DNA of 64,000 bases from Phoronis australis. Its lineage: Eukaryota > Animalia > Phoronida. The translations under genes were made by a program, and so were the position numbers. Shown here in pieces: positions 49,501 through 61,500 of the stretch. Where the stretch lies: assembly GCA_002633005.1 (NCBI GenBank), contig NMRA01000118.1, positions 620,707-684,706 of the forward strand, given 5' to 3'. Below the pieces are notes generated by a model. The model saw only the letters and a program-made list of their open reading frames with translations. It made no database searches and had not been told where the DNA came from. Positions within the stretch are counted from its first letter, which is position 1, and each line of letters opens with the position of its first letter.

Positions 49501-52500
49501 GCGCATGGCGGTATGTTTCTAGCTCATATGACGAATTCTGGGTTACTTATGCAACGGAGCCTACACATAATACCACTGTGTCTCATTGTGAATATTACAA
49601 CACGTCATCTTGGTTTAAAATGAATTAAGGATAACAGTGGATGCACAACTTTACACAAGCTTTTAAGTTTCGTTCAAGCAATCATATCATGTCCTTTAAG
49701 AGGATGAGGAGCCACATGCCATGATGCCCAGCTCCTATCATGTCAACGGGGACAATCAACAGCGGGAAAAAATGAACCGACCTTCGGAGATAAACCTCAG
49801 ATTTCACGACTTTGTGAACGAGTTACGAGAAATTGAAATCTCACACTAAAAAAGTAGATCCAGTAACCAAATATATTTCACAACTAGTTGTTTTTTTGTT
49901 CAATTTTATCATCCTTGAGCTTTTACAAAACCTGAAAGGGGCGTGGCTTCAAGTTTTATTAGACTTAATACCAATTGCTGGTATTTGAGTTCTAACTGGT
50001 CTTTGTCAACTCCACTTCTTCCAGAAGTTGCCTGAGCAAAATGTGCTCAGATTGTGTCCTCGTCATTTTTAATAATACGTAAAAGAATTCATTCGTTATT
50101 GTACCTTCACAGCTTAGAATAATTAATTGCTTTAATATAATTATTTTTGCAGAGACTTGAATAACAACGAATTGCAAGTTCTAAACAGCAATGCCTTTGT
50201 CAACCTCCCGAAGTTGAAAACCTTGCGCCTTCATACACAAAAAACAGGCTTCAAGATGAAGAGAATAATGTACGACGCGTTCGATGGAATAGGAACGTCC
50301 CTGGAAAATCTGTGAGTAAACTATAGAGCTAAGGGTGTATGAGCATCCGTTCTGCTATTGGTCACGTCATGGATATTTGCTAAGAATCTTAACAACACAT
50401 ATTGCTTCCATCCCAAGAGAGTCCGTCGTGTTATTGCTTCAATTAACATGGCATGCAGTGTGCAGCCATGCCTTTGTTTTAGAATAACAGAAAAATATAT
50501 ACATATCCACTCTAGTGGTCATGACTAGTGTCTGTTATATTTTGAAACTACAAAATTTTATTTCACAATGAACGTCAGTCGCTTATTCTTTTGTCCGGAA
50601 TCGCGGGCAGCGTGCAACCTTCATGGAGTCCCAATGTACCGATGTACCGCCACCGGGAGTCGTTTTATTTCATTGGTGTCAAAGTCTTCGGCGATTCCTT
50701 GGTAGTAAACTTTCATTTAGAGCTGACATTTGTGAAAATTGTTCTAGAAGCTGAAGCGAACAGACAACTGTTGCATGCGGTTCACATGAAACAAATTTTT
50801 TTTAGAAAAAGTGTAATTTAAGCTTAAGCAGAGTCGAGATGCCGTGTAATGGGAGCGTACAGTCCAATTAGTGCAGTTTAACTAAAGAGTGAAGATACCA
50901 TGATGAATAAATACATGTAAGTAGAGACTCCAATGTGACCTGATGCGATAAAATGTTTTTAGAGTTGAAGCCCCATTCATTGATTTCTTTGAAACCTACA
51001 TGGATGCTTTCTGTTCTTGTTCAGTCTGGGGTAAGATGCTCAGTTTTCGTTTCTTGATACTGGTCGGTAGCGTTCCCTTAAAACATGACAAAATATGGAT
51101 CGAATTGCGTTGCTTCAGTAAGATGTGGTTTAGTGCTTCATAGTTACAAGTTGGTATTTCACCACCACCAGGTGAAGTTTCATTACACAGTGACAGTGCA
51201 TTAGCATGACGTGCAGTGTGATCAGAAAATTAATGGTAATCACAGTGAAGTGCTGTGTAATTATACATGTACAATGGTAGTTGACCACTATATGGTGAAG
51301 TGTTATACAAGAGTGAAACCTGATTGGGATGAGGTGATGTATCTTAAGAGCGAACATTTTTTTCAAAACTATGGGATGTGTAATCAGAGAGTGACAACAG
51401 ATCACGGTGAGATGAAGTGAATCAAGACAATAAATGTCGATCAGGATGAGGTGTTGTACCTTTAGAGAGTGAAAGTTCATCCCAACGCGCTGTGTTATTA
51501 GAGAGTGATAGTTGATGAAAATGAGGGGAGGTGTGATTAGATAGTACAGGTTGGTCAGGGTGAGGTGCTGTATCATTAAGGAGTGAAAATTAATTAAAAT
51601 GTTCCGTGTAATTAGACAGTTATACATGTAGTTGATCAAGATGATGGGACATGTAGTTAGACAGTAATGCCGATTAGAATGGCGTGGTGTGTATTTAGTA
51701 AATGATGATTGATGATGATCCTAAGTGAGATGAGAGAGTAAGGGATGAAGATGATGATGTGCTGTGTCGTTAAATTGATTAAATTGATGTTGATAAGGTG
51801 TTATGTAACCAGTGGGTGCTGGTTTGTCGCAGTGTTTAGCTCCGTAGGTGGAAAGTAAAACTGACCACCGGAGGAGAAGTGTAATTAGAAAGTAACAGTT
51901 GATCAGGATTAGATGCTGATTCATTAAAGAATGAAAGTTTATGTCAGTGAGATGATGCGCAATAAGAAAATGATGGTTGATCACGACGAGTTGAAGTGTC
52001 TTTAGAGAGTAAAACCTTTATGAGGGTGAGGTGCTGTATCAGCTGGTAAGGAGACGATGGTTTATGATTACCTAGGGATGAATGGTCATATTGTGGTGCA
52101 GCGTAACTAGAGACTAACAGTTGACCACCAGAGTGAAGTGTGATCCCGAAAAAGTGGTAATGAGTGATGAATGGTCGCGGTGTGGTTCCGTGCAATTAGA
52201 CTGATGCATGGGAAAGTTGGCCAGTGCAAGCTGCTACATCGCTAGACAATAACTGTTTTCTCAAACGAAGAGTATTATAACTATAGTGTGAAAGTGGATA
52301 AGCAGGTGTGTAAATTAACGAGTGTGGATATGAAAAACGATTTTGCGGGACGCGTTACAATATAGAGAAAAAAACAGACGATTCTAATCAGGAGTAATTT
52401 TATCTACCCTTGACCTTGTTGTGTTACCCTCTCAGAGTATAATGTCGTAATCAGATACATTTAGTCAAAGACCTAGAATATCTCAAATGTGTCTCGAGTG

Positions 52501-55500
52501 TCTCAACGAAATAAAATCCGCGATTGCCTTGGTCATGTTCGGGTCCACTGTGACCGCCCATAGGTTTTGCTACACACGTGTATTTTAACAGAAATACACC
52601 ATTATAAGGATATCATCGGTGACATTACGAAAACATTGCTAAAACGAGTCCATCTAATTTCAGATGGGTGAGTGACAACGCATTGACCACATTTCCCCAC
52701 CAGGTGCTCTCTGAAGGCTCCTATCCGTCACTAATCATGATGTAAGTGTTACATGTAACTATAACTAACCAATGCATTCACCACAAGCATAGGTTCTGGT
52801 TACCATATGACTAATCGCTCTCGGCGTCAATCTAGATGCATCTACAAGGGCCCCTGTCGAATCGATGTTCAATCCTACCTTCGTTCTCTTGGCAAGCTCC
52901 TGATTAATTCTTCCCTGAGACGAAAATGGAATCGTGTTAGTCGAAGTACCCTGTAAAATCACTAGATTTTAACTATATCGGTTATAACGATGGAAACAAA
53001 ATTTGGGCAACCTAATCGTGGCTTAAGCGTTTTCCCCTGTGAATTTTAATTATAATTCTAATAAAGTTCGTTTTTTATTGTAATTGCTTTAGGCTCAGAT
53101 GGCTTAAAGATTAGGTTAAGTTAAAATGCATTCCAGATATTTCTAGGCTATTTTGCCAGTCGAAGAAAAAAGTTGAAAATCTAATGAGCACAATCTAACA
53201 TTTCAGAATTGTATGTTCGCGCGAATACACACAACTTTTCGTACAATATGGATTATAGATATTCGTTAAAATGTTAATTTCCTTTATTTTTCTTGCAGCC
53301 GAGCAGACCACAATCAAATATCCAATTTCACAAAGTATGGATCTGAGGCATTTCCGACCTATCTGCAAACGACGCATGCACTGAAGGCCAAGACTCATGT
53401 ACCTTTTAAGACAACCCCCACTGTACAAAAACTGTAAGTCACTTCTGTTCAGCATGAGTGCATCGTTATTTTGTTCGGAAAGTATGAGTTGTCTTGATAT
53501 GTTCGTGTTATGCGTGTTCATGATTTATGAACGCTAATGACAACCTTTACAATGTCTTGTTGCCACGACGAACAGATCTAAGCTTGGAAATACAAGTTCG
53601 GTAATGTTCCCAAAGGGCATATTTCTGCAAGAGAAAGCCATTGCTAACATGGTTTCGTAATAAGTTTCAAGGCTTTAGAACTTCAAGCATTACAAAATAA
53701 ACTTTTGTCTTAAAATTCAATGAGCAACGCTGTTTTTGGCGATGACAGACACAGACAGTAAATCCGCTCGCTGTGCTTCTCAACTAATTCAAACTCACAG
53801 ATGTTTTCGTTATGTTTGGTTCAACAACGACTGACAGTCATCTGCATAGGATTTATGTTGAAACAATAATAGTTTATATAAAACACCATGCTTTTATTAG
53901 TCTTTATTATGATTCAGACATCTGGGGTTCAACCAAATCGAGCACGTAGAAGACACCAACCTGTGTGAAATGCCAAACTTGAAAGAATTGTATTTGGAGA
54001 ATAACGTCATCAAAGAAACGACCATCAGTCAAGACGCCTTTCAATGTGTCTCGAAGTTAACAATTTTGTAAGTATTTGCCACGTATTGGATACGAGTATA
54101 AATTGTGAAAGTCTGTATTTCATTGAGTACGCCTTTTGATAGAGCAATAATACCCAGTGTACAAGTACTTGCCATTTGGTCGCCCAGGAGCAACTTGGTA
54201 GAGTTAACACGACGGAGAACTGAATGGTGAAATGCCGTTTATTTACTCCAAGTCATGGGCTCCAATTGCATACATTAAGATACTGCAAATTATTGAGAAA
54301 TAGGTGCTTATACAATAAGTGTTACAGTATCATAGTTCCAATCTTATATGCCATATAGAGGCCCTCCCATCGTCAAATGACTGAACTCCAACTTACACTT
54401 ACACGCGTCACTTAAGTAAACGTGCGTCATTTTCATTTCTCTTGACTCAGATACGACCATAAACTCACGAGGATGTTTAACATTTTCAGAGACCTGAGTT
54501 CCAACCGTATTCAATACTTACCTACGTGCCTTACCAGTGCCGATTGTCTGCCGTCTATCTCAACTCTGACGTTGACATCCAACAAGCTGACTTTTTTACT
54601 CACTAAGGCGTTTTATAATTTGACCACTTTGAACACACTGTGAGTATACGAGTTTGCATCAATTAACAACTGTTACTTGTCACTAACTCCCTTTAACGTT
54701 AGGCCTTAAGATTGCTGATTGTATACCAAAACCTAGCCTTGGTGCAATGCTGTACACTAAATATACACTCAGCTAAAAAGTAGTGTCATTGAAAACTACC
54801 CTCTTCCTTGAGAAAACTTAAGTATTTACCGGCGTTAGAAAAATTCTCATTATACCATTATCCTGCTGCTAAAGTTGTGGAACGATCTTCGTCGGCGTTT
54901 GTGGTGAAGAAAGTGTTGTTATCTTTTGGCCACTTCCTTTTTCGACTATTCTTCGATCAATTGTTTATCTTCCACGAGGTTGCATACAGGCCACAACAAA
55001 TTATCGGAACTGGTATATTAATACCAGCCAACCGAAAGTCCAGATAGACTTTTCATTGTTACAAAACGCAAATAATTATGCTAAAAATGACGTGTGTTTC
55101 ACTTAAACGTCTGCAACGGGCATTGTGATTGTCGGTCAACTCCCAGATTTTGCATGCAACTCCGCCGGTAGTAAGCTCTACATGTCGATATAAGTTCCAC
55201 GACGCGGTGACGAACAGAACTACCGGGGCGGTGTGAAATTTAAGATCTATTGGAGCTTAACACATAGTGGTTCCTACTGCAAAAACTAGCTGTGACTATG
55301 GTTTTAGCAACTTACTAACTTACAACGTTCTTGAAAAATTGTTTTTCAGGTAATTTAGAGTTAAGGACCTGAGTAAAATAAAGAGAATCTTTAATGCAAT
55401 AATGAAAATTAACCATATTCTGAATATAGTACAGCATTAGGACGGTAATCGAGTGAACCTGTCCTACAGTTGGAACAGTTTTGTTTCCAATACACGCACT

Positions 55501-58500
55501 TAGATCACAAGACACTTGGATAAGAATATGATATGGTATTCAAAAAAGCCTTTAATGTTACTGCAAACTTAAACTTTGGCATCTTTATTAAGAGGTAAGA
55601 CAACTGATCGAGCCGCTGATCTTGTCGAAATAACAAACTGGTTCAACAAAACCCTGGCCTGTCACCACTCTATTTCAGGACACCTGGAAAAATGATGCAG
55701 AAAGCATCCTCGATAAAGTGCCTCATGGATAAAGAAATTCAACTTGACAATGTCTTTTTCTTTGATTGGAAAAAACGAGACGTCAAAAATTCACTTCTGT
55801 TGCACAGTGCAGACAGGATGCTACGTGCTCTTGGCTTCTAGATTACATAAACATAGGCTAAACAAGTCATTACCTACCACATTTTTCAATTTCCATTTCT
55901 TTGAAAGGCACCGTTATTTGCAACAAACATTTCGGCCTGACTGGAACTTGGAATTGCTTTCGAAATGACGGGACTACATCCGGCGAGAAAAATAGAGCGG
56001 AAGACAGATTGGTTTAATTCTACTGTCTCACACTCAACGTCAAACAATGCTTAATATCCTTCGAGACAATTACCCCTCAGTTTGTCCACATAATTGCGAT
56101 CAAACCTGTCCCATCAGTTGCTTTCAGTTCTGGAGAGCTACAGGTACTTGAACCGAGACTTTAGAACCAAAGCATTTACATCAATGTGCTGGGCGCACAC
56201 GCAAAAACTCCGAATGTTGCAAACTCAGTAGTAACCTAACAGTATTTGACGAGAACCTCTTGGCAGGTCTTATGCTGCTCCTACTTTATACCGCACCATG
56301 TATGAATTTCAGAGGTTTGTCATCAAACAGCATAATTTCAATCGAAGATGGTACTTTCCCAGAAGACATTACAACCATGTAAGTCTTGTTTCAGCTTCGG
56401 TTGCTCAAAAGATGGTTCGTGTTAACTACGTTTTTCATTTCTTTCCACTATCTTAGCGTACTCAGCAAAAAGATTAGGTTGGAAATCAAATGACAAGAGC
56501 TCTCCGTTAGTATGTTGGATTACGCCAGGAGGAGACGTGAAACTTTGAAACAGCTCTCGAATTTCAAACACGCTGTCTTGACTGCTAATCTAAAATTGTT
56601 TGGTATCAATTGAATACACAGTAGGTAAAATTGGGTAAAATGATATCGAAAAGCATTTTCCATGTGTCTATGAAGCTTTTACATGCCTCTCCATACAAAA
56701 CCTTGTCTATATGCATAATGGAATTTTTCAGCCAATTGAGTGGAAACGATTTCAACTTTCGTCACAACAATCCGTTTTCCAATCTGCAAAAGCTCGGGAC
56801 CTTAGACCTCAGTTCCAATCAGATCACAGAGATTCCAGAAACTGCTTTCCACAACTGCTCTTCGCTAACTAGTCTGTAAGTGCAAAAGTTCGAATTGTGA
56901 ACAGCAATTAAAATTGTTCTGTAGAAATGGGTGGTTAACGCCCCACCTAAATTTGGTTCACACTAGTGACGAATGGTAAATACCAACACATTGCACATTT
57001 GAATAGCCTGTATGCCTATTCCACTATCAATGTGATAGATAAGTAAATGTTTGTGTAAGTTGACCACCACCACCCCCACGACAAACCACCACCAACCGCC
57101 AAATCCAATACTTACCAGCCACCACCTCCGCCAAGCACCGCAAAAAATCACCCCAACCTGCCAAACACTACCATAACCAACCACCGCCACCAACCACCGC
57201 CACCAACCACCGCCACCAACCACCAANNNNNNNNNNNNNNNNNNNNNNNNNNNNNNNNNNNNNNNNNNNNNNNNNNNNNNNNNNNNNNNNNNNNNNNNNN
57301 NNNNNNNNNNNNNNNNNNNNNNNNNNNNNNNNNNNNNNNNNNNNNNNNNNNNNNNNNNNNNNNNNNNNNNNNNNNNNNNNNNNNNNNNNNNNNNNNNNNN
57401 NNNNNNNNNNNNNNNNNNNNNNNNNNNNNNNNNNNNNNNNNNNNNNNNNNNNNNNNNNNNNNNNNNNNNNNNNNNNNNNNNNNNNNNNNNNNNNNNNNNN
57501 NNNNNNNNNNNNNNNNNNNNNNNNNNNNNNNNNNNNNNNNNNNNNNNNNNNNNNNNNNNNNNNNNNNNNNNCCACATATACATATGTGGGCGCATATTGC
57601 CGTAATCTCCTGTCTGAAAATCCGGCGTCAGGGCAACCGGCGTCTTCTGCTGTATCTCCTGCACCCTTCGCAGGATCTTTAAATAAATAGTAATGTGTTC
57701 CTATGAAGCTGACTACAGATGGTGACTAGTTCTGGGCCGATGCGACGACCACTGGGGCCTTTTGTGGCAATTTCAGTTGTTTACTTTTGTCTCTGTATCT
57801 TCACAGTTCCTTGACCGATTTCTTGTAATTTGGAAAATATGTATCTATTAAGGGAACGACGATTTTCCCCATTTCAGGACAGATTGGGCAGATTTTGTGC
57901 GACTTATTGACCATATTGAGTCTTTTTTGTTGCCCGCCTCTCTATCTGCAGAAGTGCTAAAAGGATTTTTGACAAAATTTGCAGATGTGTTCCTGATAAG
58001 AAAACTGGCGATTTTGTTTTTTTTTTGGGTTCGTGACTGTATCTCTTTCATTTTTTAGGATCTTCGTGAAAATTGGCAGGTGTGTTTTTATGGAACTAAA
58101 AACAGATGGCAACAAGTTTCAGACCAGTTTGATTACCGCTCTGGAAGCTAGTGGCAATCTTTCTTTTTACGTTTGTTTGGTTTTTTGCGATGATGGATTT
58201 TCATAAATTTGGCTTTTATGGTTCTATTGCGAAGACGATGATACCTATTTATTTTTGGACAAATTCGACGTACAGTTTATTCTGTGTGCCAAGAAGTAAA
58301 AATTTTTATTAGCTTTAGTCCAATCTTGTCAACCCAGTCGTTATTTGTGGAACACACATGCTCATTATGAAACCAAGACTGATTTTCAGTCGGTCTAACA
58401 ACTATGGCTCCACCTAGTGCCGGTTATTTTGCTTTCACGCACGACTGTATCTCCTTAATCCTTTGCTGGATCTTTGTGAGATTGTGCAAGGGGCTTCCTA

Positions 58501-61500
58501 TCAATGTGTCAACGGCTGCTTACTTTTGGAGGGTTCTGACCATCGCTGTGTAGCCCCGTTTACCTTTGTATCTTTGAAGTTCCTTGACACGTTTTCCTGA
58601 AATTTGGCCAACTCGTCTCTTTCACACCTGCTTTCGTCGAGGTGTGCCCTCTAGTGGCAATTTCTTTTTTTCGTTTGACATCTGCGGAGTTTCTCTACGG
58701 TTTCTTGAGTTTTTTCACCTGCCTCTGTGTCTGCCAAACCCTGTGCAAGCGTATTCCTTAGTCGCTATTTCTTCCCGACCCTTTTCGGGAACGCCTTTAG
58801 GCCTCATCTCCTGACACAATTAGAGTGACGTAATGACACGATGATTATTAGTTTATGTGGGTTCATTATCATGTTGTCTTGTCCAAACTGCGTTCATTTT
58901 ATGCCAACACTTATCATTCACTGCACAGCAGGATTTCCGTTGGAATTGCTTGATTGCTAGTAAATGTATGATTCGTTAGTTGGAGGTTCCATTTCAAAAC
59001 TGAATGGCAGTCGTATATGTATGTGGGGAAAACCAGGTTATGAAAAGAACTTTTCATACTAAAACACGCGCACGCATGCGCACAAGCAACCCACCAAATA
59101 GATCACGGAATTTCTAGCGGATGGCTCTGACATGTGACGTGGTACTCGGTTAGCTACGAATCTTGTTTAGAGCATGAAAGAAAACAAAATTTCCCCTCGC
59201 ATTGAAAGTCTAACAACATTTTTTTATCAATTTCAGGTCGTTTGACAACAATCGCTTGACGAAGGTACCCATGGGAGGCACATTTCAAAACTTGGCCGTT
59301 CGAGATTTACTACTCAGCAACAATCGGTTGACCGCAATTCCATCCCAGGCGTTCAAATCTATCAACTCCAGAACGTTGTACGTTTACATTAACGAAGGCA
59401 GCAACAGACAAGAATAAACACTTATAGCAGTCATTGGTCACTATGTTTCCGAAACGGATTGCAGATTTAGAATGCCAGCATTACAATTTGTTCAGAGTTG
59501 ATAGTGGGTGGTGCCCCGCGGAGACAGATTTAACCACAAAAGTAATACTTGAAGGTGCATTTAACCTATACCATCAAAGACCACATAAAGTTGTAAAACT
59601 GGTCTCACCTTGATCCTTGCTTAGATTTCTAGAATTGAAGAAGATTGGCAATCGGAAAAGTCTATCTACAACTATTTCGAGTAGGGAAAGGAAAAAGCCT
59701 CTGACATTTGACCCAATTTCAAAATTTCGGTTGTAAGACTAATGGAGTTGATAAGGACAGTACGCAATTTTGTTCAAGCACCAGCATTTTTAATAACTCA
59801 CTGCAGCAATTTGGCGATAAGATGGTTGCAAAAAATACTATAAAAACGCTGAGAGATTTCCCCTGCATTAAATCCAAACAAGAATGCAGAAACGAGTCTG
59901 TCGACCAACTACCCTATTCGGCCGTCTAGCGACAACGCGTATTCTATCACGTAGTCGTTGTATCCTAAAAATGTCTTTCTGTAATTGCTTCAGACAAGAT
60001 TCAAAAATGTACTAAGCAGGGCGAGTTATTTTCAACCGCAGAAGCAGTGAGCAGCGTTCCAGGTATTTTGTCATTACCAATTTCAATCCATGCAAAAGGT
60101 ATTACGGAAAGCAATGGCCTCGCTTGGGAGTGGACATATATGTTGTGAGAAAATTACCACCTGAACTTGGCTTATAGCACGATAGAGAGCTATCGACGTG
60201 AAAATGTTTCATTACTTTTCTCACGTAAACATAAACGAAGATTCGTGTTCAATTACAAAAACATTGCCCGTCTTCCGATGTTGAAGATGTGTAAGCCTAT
60301 GTAATCTGATGTTATTCGTGTTCCAGCGACTTACAGAACAACAGGTTATCCGTCATTGAGGAGAAAGCGTTTGATGACGTCAAAGCTACACTAGATTTAA
60401 AGTTGACGAACAACATACTGCGGCTTGTTAAGGCAAAGGCTTTCAATAAGTATGTTGTCAATGCTACTATCATATTAAACCATTGGCTGGAGATCCCAGG
60501 CAAGAACAATGCTACGTGTAAATATACATGTGGAAAGTCCTGGGACCCCTAAGTTTCATTCTCTGGCGTGCTTGAGACCACAACAGTGAAGGAAAGGTGC
60601 CCATAAGGGTTTCGTGAGTAAGCTAAAGGCATTACTAGCATATTCTAGCAAACCTGAAGCCACTGAAAATGGTTGGACAGTAATGCCGAAACGTTGAATT
60701 ATTGTGGGAGTAAACTGTGTATGTAATTTTTCTATTTCAGTTTCATCAGCATCCATTTGTTTCTGCAAGTATATCGTGATTGACTGGATTACGACACGAG
60801 CTTTTTAGTGCAGTTAGGGACTTTAAGGTTTCATAATGCCATACTTTGCTAAATGTGGTCGCAGTAGTTCTACTGAAATTCATAAAAGCCTTTCTGCTAC
60901 GACGAAGAGGACTACATGAAACTTAACTTTCAGTAAATACTATTTTCTATGGTGCGACTCCAATATCTAAGATAATCGAACAAGGTTGAAAGCGCGGGTG
61001 TAGATAGCTTATTCATATATTGGCAAAGGTACTTGCACTTACTGAACATATCTCATGTGCTATCGGTTAAGTTTGTGGTGAAATCAGTAGGTCCGTCCTC
61101 TAACCGAAAAGTAATTCAATCTAAATTATTATTTATTTTTTGGCATTGTACACATGAACTCTGATTTCCCCACTTGTTGGATTATCTTGATCTTATCAAG
61201 TTTTCTATGCTTGGCCACTTATATTTTTTGATATTTCATCGATCATGCGATTAATAGTGAGTTTCAAAAACTTGTTTTTTCTATTACAGCGTTGCCGTCA
61301 CCAGAAATCTGTTGATCTCCGGGATGAAAATCGATGGTCTTCCAGCGGAAGCCTTTACTGACGTAAGCGCGGAAACGCTGGACCTCTCGTCCAATCAGAT
61401 AAAGACAATTGCTGTTGGTGCGTTCGTTGGAGTCACCGTATCTGATACCTTGTAAGTGATTGATATTGTGCCTTTAGTCAAATGACACTCTTGACGTACT

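Noticed and set aside
56963-57664. 233-aa and 135-aa ORFs
   Set aside because: They span the N gap and a simple repeat.
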